Below, piece after piece: positions 11,485 to 21,240 of a stretch of 36,102 nt of DNA. The notes beneath the pieces are model-generated. The model worked only from the letters and a program-made list of their open reading frames with translations. It searched no databases and was not told the DNA's origin. The DNA comes from an uncultured Granulosicoccaceae bacterium (GTDB lineage: Bacteria; Pseudomonadota; Gammaproteobacteria; Granulosicoccales; Granulosicoccaceae). Positions within the stretch are counted from its first letter, which is position 1. The number at the start of each line of letters is the position of its first letter. The stretch is taken from assembly GCA_937951695.1 (NCBI GenBank), contig CALFBL010000394.1, positions 1 to 36,102 of the forward strand, given 5' to 3'. The position numbers and the translations under genes are program-made.

Positions 11485-12786
11485 GTGAGTAAGTACAAAA
11501 CCGATCGTCATGGGTGGTCCGAGCTTTTACCGGCTCGGAGCATGAACAACTCACTAAACGGTGACCATAGAACTCTCTGGCTAGTGGTCGGTGCTGGGTT
11601 GACTGGACTTTTCGCGGCACAAAGATTAGCTGCGCTCAACCCCAACGAAAACGTTGTCTTAGTTGAAGCGCGCGAAGTTGGCCAAGGAGCTTCGGGGCGA
11701 AATTCCGGATTTGCGGTACAGCACAGCCATTTTCCCGGTGCGTTCGACGAGGGCTTAATCAACGAATACCAAAGAGTTAACCGAATTAATCAAACCGGGC
11801 TGTCATTACTGCGCGCAGCTGTGGCCACCCATGCCATTCAATGCTCATGGCATGACGACGGATTCCATCACGCGGCGGCAGATAATATGGCCTTGCGAGA
11901 ATGTGAACACTTTCATGACTATCTCCAAAGGTTGGACATAACGCATACCGCTCTCGACCGAGACGCATTAGCAGAGCGGCTAGGCAGCTCGGTTTACTCA
12001 CGCGGGTTTCATGTGCATGACGGGGTGTTGCTGCACCCGGCGGCTTTGGTGCGCGGACTGGCCGCTAATCTTTCCTCCAATATCACCCTGTTTGAATCCA
12101 GCCCAGTATTGAAGATAACCTACGGGAAACAGATAACAGCGAAGTTTCCTTCCGGAAGTATCGTCGCTGATAAAGTGATTTTAGCGACCAACTACGAAAC
12201 CCCTGCGCTCGGCTTTTTAAACCGCCAAATAATGGGAAGCACACTATCCGGCAGTTTTACACGGGAGTTAACGACACAAGAAATAGATAGCCTGGGGTGC
12301 AAACGCCAGTGGGGCGTTCTGTCACTGCACTCAGGTGGAGCAACCGTGCGATTAACCGAGGAGGGTCGAATTTGCTTACGCAATACCGCTGAGTACCGTG
12401 GGGCTAGATTATTATCCGATCAACAGCTGCAAGCACGTCAGACCATTCACAGAAAGTCGTTTGATAGACGGTTCCCACAATTGCGACACGTCCCCTTTGA
12501 ATACTCCTGGTCTGGGGTCGAAGGGATAAGCCGCAATGGGACGAATTTTTTCGGGCAACTAAGAAATAATGTATTTATGGCCGGTGGCTACAACGGCTCA
12601 GGGGTCAGCCGCGGAGTGGCGTTTGGCTCAGCGCTGGCCGAATACGCCGCCGGCGGACAATCCGAATTAATCACCGATTGCCTGATTTCAAAACCGGCCA
12701 CTTGGTTGCCGCCCCGACCCTTATTGGATATGGGGGCGGCGTATACTGTGCGCTCCCGGTTCAAAGGCGTGGGTCAAGATCGGTGA
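11485..12786 (+). CDS. FAD-dependent oxidoreductase (DAO/PuuB-like)
   Basis: 433 aa with VVGAGLTG, GQGASGRNSGF and GGYNGSGVSRG. Confidence 0.88.
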   Translation: MSKYKTDRHGWSELLPARSMNNSLNGDHRTLWLVVGAGLTGLFAAQRLAALNPNENVVLVEAREVGQGASGRNSGFAVQHSHFPGAFDEGLINEYQRVNRINQTGLSLLRAAVATHAIQCSWHDDGFHHAAADNMALRECEHFHDYLQRLDITHTALDRDALAERLGSSVYSRGFHVHDGVLLHPAALVRGLAANLSSNITLFESSPVLKITYGKQITAKFPSGSIVADKVILATNYETPALGFLNRQIMGSTLSGSFTRELTTQEIDSLGCKRQWGVLSLHSGGATVRLTEEGRICLRNTAEYRGARLLSDQQLQARQTIHRKSFDRRFPQLRHVPFEYSWSGVEGISRNGTNFFGQLRNNVFMAGGYNGSGVSRGVAFGSALAEYAAGGQSELITDCLISKPATWLPPRPLLDMGAAYTVRSRFKGVGQDR

Positions 12787-12819
12787 AATCGCCCCGAATC
12801 AGAAACTGTCTGTGTTTGT

Positions 12820-15414
12820 CTAGAAGCTGAACCCTGCGGTGAAAACACCAGTCACTTCTTCATCACTCACCGCCACAACCCCAGACACTGCAAATCCTCG
12901 GTCCAGAGCGGTCAGCGAGACACCAACGCCACCTGAGGTATGGATATCACTTGAGTCTTCCACGAGGTTTTCAGTGGTATCGATATCGTCAGAGAAGACT
13001 CGCCCACCATCGGCAAATAAAACCAAACCGTATTCAGCCTCCGACACGTACGCGGTTGCCCTGCCAATGTGGTATCTGAGCTCCACGTTGGCAAATACTG
13101 ATGAGTCCCCCGCGAAACGGTTTTCATGAAAACCACGCACCGTCGTATCGCCACCGATAAATGCCGATTCCTGGAACGGAAAATCCCCTGACACATTCTC
13201 ACCGCCGACTCGCAGCGCTAAGATGGCTTTGGATGTCACCCGGACAAACGCAGACGCTTCACCTTCGACGGACCCAAACGTACTGTCCGCATCCAGAACT
13301 TCTGGAGACACGTTCGCCTGCACGCGAAAACGAAATCCCGTGTTATTGAACGTGGTGCGATCGCGAGTGTCAAAATCGAGACCTGCAAAAATATTGACGT
13401 AGGCGAAGTCACCGACTCCAAGCGGCTCTGTTGCGTTGAGCACCGTATCGTCGTTGTTGGTCGAGGTGTAGTTCACCCCCACCCCTGAGAAGAGATTGAG
13501 TTGCGGCGTAGCCAAATAACTTAGCCGGGGAGCGATCGTAGCCTTGAATTGATCGGTCTCGAAATTGTCGTCGCTGCCGTTGTCATTGGTGCCGTTACCA
13601 AAGCCAAAAAAGTCTGCTTGATCAATGCTCGATGCGCTTATTCCCAGAGTTCCGAGCAGTTTCGGATTCCAGAACTGGTAAGAGCCGTCATAGGTGGCTC
13701 CAAACTTACCTCGCGTGACCCCGACCTGTGCCGCTAACGCGTGCTGTTGGCCATAGGGGACTTTACCGAAATCAAAGAAACTAAACGTCTGCCCGAAACC
13801 GAGCACCAACCCGTCATTACCATTAAGACTGGCTTGGTAAATCGGCGTTGCAGCCTTTTGCCAATCGCGTGGTCGTATGGCGATAGGCGGGATATTGTCC
13901 TGGTCAGAGACGCTGATCTTATCGAATGGATCTGGGCCCTGCCTGCGATTGTTCTGCCGGCTAACAACCTCTTCGGCTTCGGTGAAACGCAGGTTCGCAC
14001 CTTCACAACCTTCGATGGCATCTTCACTCTGGTTACCGATGACTTCGATTTTCATTCTCCTGCTCAGCCTGCCACTGCATACCAGAGTGTCTTGCCCCGC
14101 TCGAAGGTATACCCGTAGTGAATGGGTTTCACTGTTCTTCACCAACCGCTTGAAGTAAGTCTTTGAGGAGGCTTCGGCGGTGATACTAACCTCCATCTTT
14201 CCATGTCCCAAGTTCCGCAAAACCACACGATCGTTTTGGTCGCTGGCCTGCAGATCAATCTCTGTATTCAGAAAGTGGTACATGCGTTCGGCGATCTGAG
14301 GCAGCCGATCGCGACGCGCCCTGACTTTGCGGGAGAGATCTTTAGCATTCAAGTCGTAGTAAGGCTTCGGCATCAGGCTCATCGCCTCTTCAATCGAAGC
14401 ATCGGTAATCCGATTTTTCATGTCTTCGGCGACTGCCATCCAGTCTTCCAGTTCTAGCTCAGCCAAGAGCCAGCGGTGGGTGGGCCAACCTTGCAACACA
14501 AGACCGAAGCTGACAGGGTAGGTTTCGTCGTAGCGCAATAATCTTGGCTCAAACGGGCGGACGAAATCAATCAGCACTCCCTCAAAGCTGACAAAAGCCT
14601 GATCACGATCTTCCGGCAGTACCTGATAGCCTTGCTTTCCCGGCAGCTTCGCCCAGCGAAAGTTTTTCGCGTGACGATCCCAGTCACCGAGGAAAAAGTC
14701 GAACAGGCGAGCCCTAACAAACGTTTCTGCATCCACAGTTTTACTGCGATCGGCCAGCCAATCCTCGATAAAATCCTCTGTGGAAATTATTTCGGTCGCT
14801 CCCGCAAATCCTTCATAAGTGTCGGACGCCGGAGTGGGGTATTGCTCCAGAGTCCCGACTCGACCGGCAAACAATTCGCGAAATTCTCCCAAGGCTGGGT
14901 CATCGGGCAAGACAACAAAGCGTGGGGTGTTGTGCAGAACACCGGCAGCCTTTGCTAGCGGGGGCACCATCACAGTCCCAGCAGGGTGGACGGCTGAGAG
15001 CTGATCCTGGGTGAAATCTCCGAATTTCTTGTTTTGTAGATCCGGGTGCAAAGCCCCACGCAAACCCTTAACCAGGCTGCGGAAAGTATAACTCTTGCCG
15101 TCCGCACCGGTTAGGGCGAGCCCGAGAGTTTGATTGCCGCCGACTCTGAAAGCCGGGGTCAGTCCGCCAGCTTCAGTACTGAAGTCCAGCACCTCTATCT
15201 CGAACGGCGTGTCCCACAACTCACGATAATTGCCGCCGAGTAGGAAACGATAAGTCGACCCAGCTCTCAGATCGGTGCTGGCGATGATCTCCTGGGTTTC
15301 TTGAGCCCTGAGTTCAGCACCGCCAGCCCAAAATGAGCCAACGGTGACGGCCAGCAAAAGCTGCAGCGTTGCAACGAACGGTCGAGCTCTGAACTGTGAA
15401 ACGGATTTATCCAC
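12820..15414 (-). CDS. Omp85/BamA-TamA superfamily outer membrane protein with an N-terminal atypical kinase-like domain
   Basis: Signal peptide ending AELRA/QE. Kinase-like motifs VGGNQT, GDWDRHAKN and EDRDQAF. C-terminal amphipathic beta strands, the Omp85 loop-6 motif VRGF, and a terminal Phe (AGFSF). Start placed at GTG 15414 after GGAGA; the ORF extends to 15450. Confidence 0.82.
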   Translation of the reverse strand: MDKSVSQFRARPFVATLQLLLAVTVGSFWAGGAELRAQETQEIIASTDLRAGSTYRFLLGGNYRELWDTPFEIEVLDFSTEAGGLTPAFRVGGNQTLGLALTGADGKSYTFRSLVKGLRGALHPDLQNKKFGDFTQDQLSAVHPAGTVMVPPLAKAAGVLHNTPRFVVLPDDPALGEFRELFAGRVGTLEQYPTPASDTYEGFAGATEIISTEDFIEDWLADRSKTVDAETFVRARLFDFFLGDWDRHAKNFRWAKLPGKQGYQVLPEDRDQAFVSFEGVLIDFVRPFEPRLLRYDETYPVSFGLVLQGWPTHRWLLAELELEDWMAVAEDMKNRITDASIEEAMSLMPKPYYDLNAKDLSRKVRARRDRLPQIAERMYHFLNTEIDLQASDQNDRVVLRNLGHGKMEVSITAEASSKTYFKRLVKNSETHSLRVYLRAGQDTLVCSGRLSRRMKIEVIGNQSEDAIEGCEGANLRFTEAEEVVSRQNNRRQGPDPFDKISVSDQDNIPPIAIRPRDWQKAATPIYQASLNGNDGLVLGFGQTFSFFDFGKVPYGQQHALAAQVGVTRGKFGATYDGSYQFWNPKLLGTLGISASSIDQADFFGFGNGTNDNGSDDNFETDQFKATIAPRLSYLATPQLNLFSGVGVNYTSTNNDDTVLNATEPLGVGDFAYVNIFAGLDFDTRDRTTFNNTGFRFRVQANVSPEVLDADSTFGSVEGEASAFVRVTSKAILALRVGGENVSGDFPFQESAFIGGDTTVRGFHENRFAGDSSVFANVELRYHIGRATAYVSEAEYGLVLFADGGRVFSDDIDTTENLVEDSSDIHTSGGVGVSLTALDRGFAVSGVVAVSDEEVTGVFTAGFSF

Positions 15415-15465
15415 GGATTCTCCAAAAGATGTTTGTACCAGCGGGACCAAGCTGACAGATTCAGT

Positions 15466-15493
15466 TTCTCAATACCCTATTCTCAATACCCTA
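15466..15493. repeat. Perfect 14-bp tandem duplication upstream of the Omp85 gene
   Basis: TTCTCAATACCCTA at 15466-15479 and 15480-15493. Confidence 0.9.
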
Positions 15494-15703
15494 GGACCAA
15501 TCGATAGTCTCAGGACCCGTTGCATACGCTTGTCGGGGCTGATGCATTACAGCGATTTGGTTAGTGTTATCCGATCCCCGAACTGTTCGCTGCTTTCATC
15601 GTACATCACACAACACACATCCGACGCCGTATACATTATCTAAAGTGTCGGCGCGCTTCGCTTTAGTTTATCGTTTAAACAAGACTTGCACCAACAGAAT
15701 ATT

Positions 15704-15729
15704 ACATCAAAAGTGATGTCTGCTAGACT
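15704..15729 (+). promoter_or_regulatory. Candidate operator palindrome and extended -10 element for the NTT gene
   Basis: ACATCA-N4-TGATGT (15704-15719) lies immediately before TG-C-TAGACT (15721-15729), about 70 nt upstream of the ATG. Confidence 0.4.
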
Positions 15730-15800
15730 TTTACGACGTTCCCTAGCATCATCCCAACAGCTAGGTCCGAACATCAGCCAAAACGCAGGCGTCCTAAACC

Positions 15801-17213
15801 ATGTCCCAACTGACAACAACAGAACGCATCCTGCGCCTTTTCACCGATGTTAAATCGGGAGAAGGCACGACTGCCGTTCTCATGTTTGCCAATGTGTTTT
15901 TAATCCTGCTCGCTTACTATCTAATTAAACCCTTGCGCGAAGGCTGGATTGCAATTGCAGACATCCAAGGTCTGGCCCCGATAGAGACTAAGGCCTACTC
16001 CAGCTTCGCGCAGAGTATTTTGCTGCTCTTTGTTGTCGGTTTGTACGCCCGACTGTCGAGGATCTGGGACCGGGTTACCTTATTCACTCGTGCAACCTTA
16101 TTCTGTATTTCCAACATGCTTATTTTCTGGACCCTGCAGCCCAATCTCTTCTTTGGCGAGCTGCAGTTTATGGGGGTTGTTTACTACCTGTGGCTAGGGA
16201 TGTTCAGTGTCTTTGTCATCGCTCAGTTCTGGACATTCTGCGCCGACATCTACACCAAAGAGCGTGGCGACCGTATGCTGCCCTTCATAGCCATTGGTGC
16301 TACCTCCGGTGCGGCCTTTGGCTCCTCGATTGTCTCCCAGCTGGTGGGTAAAAATATCATGCCCGTCGAGGCCCTACTGCTGATAGCTACAGTCCCATTG
16401 TTTGTCTCCATCTACCTGGTGCGTGTTGTAGTCAAAAGAGAAGCGCGGCATCAACAGGATGCCAAAGAGACAAAAGCATCCGATGTTGACGAAACTGAAA
16501 CACCTAGCATCTGGAGCGGTGCCAAGCTGGTGCTAATCAGCAAGTTCCTACTATTAGCCGCCGTCGTTACATTGTTGACCAACTGGGTTAATACCAACGG
16601 GGAAAACTTGCTGTTTCGAACCCTTCAGGAGTCGCTCACCGCGCAAGCTGATACGCAAGGGGTCACCGCTGGTGAATCGTTGGAGAGCTTTATCCAAGAC
16701 GGTACAACCGTATTTTACGGAAACTTCTATTTTTGGGTAAATATAATTGCACTCTTGTTGCAAGCTTTTGTTGCTTCAAGGTTGTTAAAGTACGGCGGCT
16801 TTGCTGCCATTTTGTTAATACTTCCCGTTATCGCTTTAACGTCTTACACGCTGATGGCTTTGCTGCCCATACTGGCGGTTATCAAAGTCATGAAGATAGC
16901 CGAGAACGCTACCGACTATTCCCTGAACAACACCTCGCGCCACGTCCTGTGGCTACCCGTCAGCTCTGCGATGAAATTCCAGGGCAAACCCGCCATTGAC
17001 ACACTATATGTTCGTTTAGGGGATGGGCTGGCCGCATTGACGGTACTGCTTGGTGTTCGGGTGCTATCACTGAGCACAATGGAATTCTTTGTCGTCAACA
17101 TAGTCTTAGTGTTGTGCTGGCTAATCGCCGGTGTCTTCCTCTATCGAGAACACAAGAAAAAATCCACTGAAGTCAGACCAGCGGCTCCAGCCGCATCACC
17201 GACGATGGCCTAA
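15801..17213 (+). CDS. NTT / Npt1-Npt2 family nucleotide transporter (ATP/ADP translocase-like MFS)
   Basis: 470 aa, about 12 TM helices. YYLIKPLRE, QFWTFCADIYTKERGDRMLP and ENATDYSLNNTSRHVLWLP...KFQGKPAIDT...RLGD are NTT-family signatures. There is no HEAT/cNMP extension. Confidence 0.85.
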   Translation: MSQLTTTERILRLFTDVKSGEGTTAVLMFANVFLILLAYYLIKPLREGWIAIADIQGLAPIETKAYSSFAQSILLLFVVGLYARLSRIWDRVTLFTRATLFCISNMLIFWTLQPNLFFGELQFMGVVYYLWLGMFSVFVIAQFWTFCADIYTKERGDRMLPFIAIGATSGAAFGSSIVSQLVGKNIMPVEALLLIATVPLFVSIYLVRVVVKREARHQQDAKETKASDVDETETPSIWSGAKLVLISKFLLLAAVVTLLTNWVNTNGENLLFRTLQESLTAQADTQGVTAGESLESFIQDGTTVFYGNFYFWVNIIALLLQAFVASRLLKYGGFAAILLILPVIALTSYTLMALLPILAVIKVMKIAENATDYSLNNTSRHVLWLPVSSAMKFQGKPAIDTLYVRLGDGLAALTVLLGVRVLSLSTMEFFVVNIVLVLCWLIAGVFLYREHKKKSTEVRPAAPAASPTMA

Positions 17214-17226
17214 TGCACCGCAGCAC

Positions 17227-17264
17227 CTCTGCCCGCCCTCCCGGTTGATGAGTGGCGGGTAGAG
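17227..17264. terminator. Hairpin between convergent NTT and LhgO-like genes
   Basis: CTCTGCCCGCC-CTC ... GAG-T-GGCGGGTAGAG inverted repeat, 14 nt after the NTT stop. Confidence 0.6.
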
Positions 17265-17267
17265 AAT

Positions 17268-18374
17268 TCAGAGTTGCTCTTGAACATAGTTTGCGATGGC
17301 AAGGCATGACGTCAATCCAGGCGATTCGATACCTAGACAGTTGATCAGCCCACGCACTCCGTGAGACTCTGAACCCTGAAACAAAAAATCCGGATAGAGC
17401 TTATTGTCTATTACAATTTTTGAACGGATGCCTGCGTAGTCGGGTGAAATTGTTCTGCCGGCAATTGCTGGCCAGTATTGACTTACCCTTTTCCTGAACG
17501 TAGCTTCCAGAGTTTCATCGACCTCATAATTCTCAGCGTTTACCCACTGCACGTCAGGGCCAAAGCGTGCGAAACCCTGAAGATCAATGGTTGTATGAAC
17601 ACCCAGACCTCCAGGCTCCGGAACGGGGTATACCAACCGTTGAAAAGGGGACTTTCCGATTAATCGAAAATAATTACCTTTCGCCATAACAGGACGAACG
17701 TTTGTCGACTGGCAACTTGATGCAATGCCCACCGCTGATAGACCCGCCGCATTAATCAGATATTTACATCGTATTTTATAGCCACCTTGCTCAGTGTTTG
17801 TGTTTACAAGAATATGGCCATGCTCTTCCGATATGCTCGTGACTTTCGTCGACAAGCACAGCACAGCTCCCTCATTCTCTGCTTCCCCCAGCAGCGACAA
17901 CATTAGTGCGTGGCTATCAATGATGCCCGTTGACGGGGAGAACAAACCACCCACGCACGACACCTCAGGTTCCAGTCGGCTAACCGCTTGGGCAGATAGG
18001 GTTTGAATATCAAGCACGTCGTTCGCTTTAGCGCGTGCAGCAATTTCGGCGATATCTGATAGCTGCGATTGCGAGTCAGCAACCACCAACTTCCCACACC
18101 GATGATAAGATATTGCCCTCGACTCGCAGAAATCGTAGAGCATCTCTTTGCCTTCCCGACACATCCTGGCTTTTAAGCTACCCGGGGCATAGTAAATTCC
18201 CGCGTGTATCACTTCCGAGTTTCTCGAACTGATGCCAGAACCAACGTTGGCTGCGCTGTCGAGAATTAGTGTTTCGCATCCTTTGCGCGCCAATTGACGC
18301 GCTACGGCTAACCCGATAACGCCTGCTCCAACAACGATACATTCAACATCAACGGACATAAACGATCCAGTCAT
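17268..18374 (-). CDS. lhgO: L-2-hydroxyglutarate oxidase/dehydrogenase-like FAD oxidoreductase
   Basis: SSRNSEVIHAGIYY, SPSTGIIDSH, KGNYF, GLGVH and GIESPGLTS. Alternative start at ATG 18359. Confidence 0.82.
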   Translation of the reverse strand: MTGSFMSVDVECIVVGAGVIGLAVARQLARKGCETLILDSAANVGSGISSRNSEVIHAGIYYAPGSLKARMCREGKEMLYDFCESRAISYHRCGKLVVADSQSQLSDIAEIAARAKANDVLDIQTLSAQAVSRLEPEVSCVGGLFSPSTGIIDSHALMLSLLGEAENEGAVLCLSTKVTSISEEHGHILVNTNTEQGGYKIRCKYLINAAGLSAVGIASSCQSTNVRPVMAKGNYFRLIGKSPFQRLVYPVPEPGGLGVHTTIDLQGFARFGPDVQWVNAENYEVDETLEATFRKRVSQYWPAIAGRTISPDYAGIRSKIVIDNKLYPDFLFQGSESHGVRGLINCLGIESPGLTSCLAIANYVQEQL

Positions 18375-18450
18375 TTTGACTTGCGTGATTGCCGGAAATC
18401 TCAGCGCGTGTGTTAGTGCTCAGCAATTGATGAATCGGTGTTGTTGAAAT

Positions 18451-19671
18451 TCAAGCGTGTTTTCTAAAAGCTCCCAGCGCCTCGCTGGCCGCAGTCAATG
18501 CACTTTGCCCGTGTTCAATACCCAGCGCTTTTAATCCAGCATCAATGCTACCAAGAGTACCCATCAACATGGGAATGTTCAGATGCCCCATGTGACCAAT
18601 GCGAAACATAGCGTCTACCGACGAGCCAACCACAGCTCCTTCGGTGATGCGAGTATCCATGCCGATACCCAAGGTGACACCAGCGTGCTCTTTGCACCAG
18701 TCTTGCAACCGTTTGCCGTCCCCATCCCCGGTATGAATTGCTGTGACCGCATGAGATCGATCTGCCGGATTAGCAACGTGCATCGTGAGCTCGCCATCGG
18801 CACCCCAAGCATCGAGCGCTGCCCATACCGCACCCGCGAAGCGCTCGTGACGCGACCAGACAGCATTCATGCCCTCTTCCAACAGCATATCCAGTGCCTC
18901 GCGCAATCCGTACAGATGGTGCGTCGGTGGCGTACCGCAAAATCGCGCGGGAAAAACCTCCGCGCTGATGCGCGGTCTCCAGTCCCAATAAGCGCTGCGT
19001 GGCAAATGCTGAGCCTTTGCCTGCTGGGCTTTCTCGTTGGCAAATAAGATGCCCAATCCGGGAGGCGTCATCAGCCCTTTCTGACATCCGGTGATGAGTA
19101 TATCCACACCCATCGCTTGCATATCCATCGGTTCGCAACCAAACGAGCAGATGGCATCGACCATCAGCAATGCGTGATGACCGGCTGCATCGATTGCCCG
19201 ACGGATTGCAGCGATGTCATTGCGAATGGATGTTGAGGTGTCGCTCTGTACCGTAGACACCACCCGAATGCGGTGTTCGGTGTCGGCACGCAGCCTGGAC
19301 TCCAATTGATCCGGATCAATCGGCTGTCCTACTTGTGCGTCTAGCACCTCAGCCTTGATACCAAGAGGCTCTGCCATGGCCGCCCAACCGCGTCCAAACC
19401 GACCGCTTGCCAAGGCCAGCATGTCGTCCCCGGGGGCTAGCACATTGATCAGTGCCGCTTCCCATACCGCATGACCATTGCCGATGTAAATGACCGCATC
19501 GCCCGAGTTATTGGCAATGCGGTTCAAATCCTGTAACACCGATTCCGTCAGCTCAACCAAAGCGCCGGTGTAGATGTTGGGCGCCGGGCGATGCATGGCC
19601 TGCAGCACGCGTGAAGGCATGACAGACGGGCCGGGAATGGCAATATGGTCTCGGCCAGTGTTGTGGCTCAT
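18451..19671 (-). CDS. Class V PLP aminotransferase (serine/alanine-glyoxylate aminotransferase family)
   Basis: GRDHIAIPGPS, VDAICS, PLP-lysine motif GCQKGLMTPPG, and FRIGHMG. Start moved to ATG 19671. Confidence 0.9.
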   Translation of the reverse strand: MSHNTGRDHIAIPGPSVMPSRVLQAMHRPAPNIYTGALVELTESVLQDLNRIANNSGDAVIYIGNGHAVWEAALINVLAPGDDMLALASGRFGRGWAAMAEPLGIKAEVLDAQVGQPIDPDQLESRLRADTEHRIRVVSTVQSDTSTSIRNDIAAIRRAIDAAGHHALLMVDAICSFGCEPMDMQAMGVDILITGCQKGLMTPPGLGILFANEKAQQAKAQHLPRSAYWDWRPRISAEVFPARFCGTPPTHHLYGLREALDMLLEEGMNAVWSRHERFAGAVWAALDAWGADGELTMHVANPADRSHAVTAIHTGDGDGKRLQDWCKEHAGVTLGIGMDTRITEGAVVGSSVDAMFRIGHMGHLNIPMLMGTLGSIDAGLKALGIEHGQSALTAASEALGAFRKHA

Positions 19672-20228
19672 GTGACGGGTCGCTGAGTTGTGTGATTCGG
19701 GTGGGTGGCAACAGCGCACGACGCACTGATCAACCCGACAACATAATAGCGCAAAAAATCCCTCGCCTCTTTGCCAGCAGTGACCGATGGATGATTGCTC
19801 TTAATATTTGTACAGAAGCCACCCATCGCTACAATGCAAACTTATACAGCGCTCTTCATGGTCGACTTTGTCATAGTAAATGTCTATGCCTTTATTCAGT
19901 TACATCCAGATCCAAACGCTCTCGCACCAAGGCGTGTTCACCGGCCTCATCGAGCGTACACAGCTGGGCGAAGCTGAACGAGTAGTCAATGTTCGACTGA
20001 CCCATAACCGTGAGTGGCGTGACCCGCAAGAGTATGGGTAACAACAGGGAATTCAATAATGAGTGTGAACTTCTTGTGAAGTCTGGCGAGGGAGTGCTTG
20101 CATAGACTGAAGCAAAGCAATATGCGCCCCTTCGTGGTTCAGAAGTTCAAGGATCGCTTGTGAAAATTTTTTATTCTGCAACTTTTCGGCACAATTACCC
20201 GCCACGTTGCAGCCGGTGAATTCAAAAG

Positions 20229-21098
20229 TCAGGATTTTGTGACAAGCCTCTCACGCCACATGACATAGACCCCGGACAGAATGATCAACGCAGCGCCCAG
20301 AAGCATCAATGTATTGGGTTTTTCTCCGAAAACCATAATACCCAAAAGCAACAAAAACAGAATTCTCGTGTATCGATACGGCATGACGATAGACACTTCC
20401 CCTGTGCGAAGGGAGGCGATCAACAGCATATACCCTGAAGACCCTAAAACTATCATGGGCAAAACGACCCACCAGTTAATCTCCCGTGGAAATAAGGTCT
20501 CACCGTGCCAGTAGGTCCAGACGACAGTCATCGGTAGCGCAGCCAACATGGTGAATGTGGCCAGACTGGCAGAGGGCATGTCCACTGGAACCATACGGGT
20601 GGTCAGATCTCTTGCCGCAAGAGCGACCAGAGCCAATATTGCCCAAAACACGGATGAGTCAAACTGAGTGGCTCCCGGCTGGACAATCATCAACACCCCG
20701 GCAAAACCTACCGCGATTGATGCCCAACGTCTCCAACCTACTTTCTCTTGCAAAAAAACCACAGCCCCAACCACCGCTAACAACGGTGAAGCCTGAGTAA
20801 TCGCACCGACCGACGAGAGGGGAACCGTGGCCAATGCCATCACCATGCCGATCATACCGGCTACTTCAGACACGTAGCGAATCAACAGAATTGGCTTAAA
20901 CGCTCTTACATCCGCCAGATTTTCACCGCGCGTTATCGCCATGGAGGCGAACACAACCAATCCGCCACCAAATAGAAAAACCATGACCTGTGACGGTGCC
21001 ATTGCAGATGTCGAGACCTTTACCAAGGTGTCTGCCACCGAGAATGCGCTCATTGACGCAATCATTAACAGGATTGCCTTTATATTGTTATCTTTCAC
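20229..21098 (-). CDS. DMT/EamA family transporter
   Basis: 289 aa, about 10 TM helices. FLQEKVGWRRW, PYRYTRI and VFGEKP, with two EamA repeats. Confidence 0.9.
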   Translation of the reverse strand: MKDNNIKAILLMIASMSAFSVADTLVKVSTSAMAPSQVMVFLFGGGLVVFASMAITRGENLADVRAFKPILLIRYVSEVAGMIGMVMALATVPLSSVGAITQASPLLAVVGAVVFLQEKVGWRRWASIAVGFAGVLMIVQPGATQFDSSVFWAILALVALAARDLTTRMVPVDMPSASLATFTMLAALPMTVVWTYWHGETLFPREINWWVVLPMIVLGSSGYMLLIASLRTGEVSIVMPYRYTRILFLLLLGIMVFGEKPNTLMLLGAALIILSGVYVMWRERLVTKS

Positions 21099-21240
21099 TC
21101 AGCGCCTTGAGAGGATCATACAGGCTGGCTCAGGGGTCAGACCGTATGTGAAAATTCAGTTGGGTGAGCCCATTTACGGTAACGCTCAACATCGATTCGC
21201 AGTATCATATCCGCATTTCAACCTAGGTAGAGACGAATGC

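Noticed and set aside
12820-15414. Canonical bamA or tamA
   Set aside because: No recognisable POTRA domains, and no skp/lpxD/rseP or tamB context.
19892-20056. Possible 54-codon minus-strand ORF (LNSLLLPILLRV...LDLDVTE) in the 19.7-20.2 kb gap
   Set aside because: Weak start, no RBS and no recognisable motif. It could be a gene remnant but I cannot support it.
20941-21240. N-terminal 100-aa extension of the ABM monooxygenase in the ORF track
   Set aside because: It overlaps the DMT gene on the opposite strand; the family starts at MIHVIA (21241).
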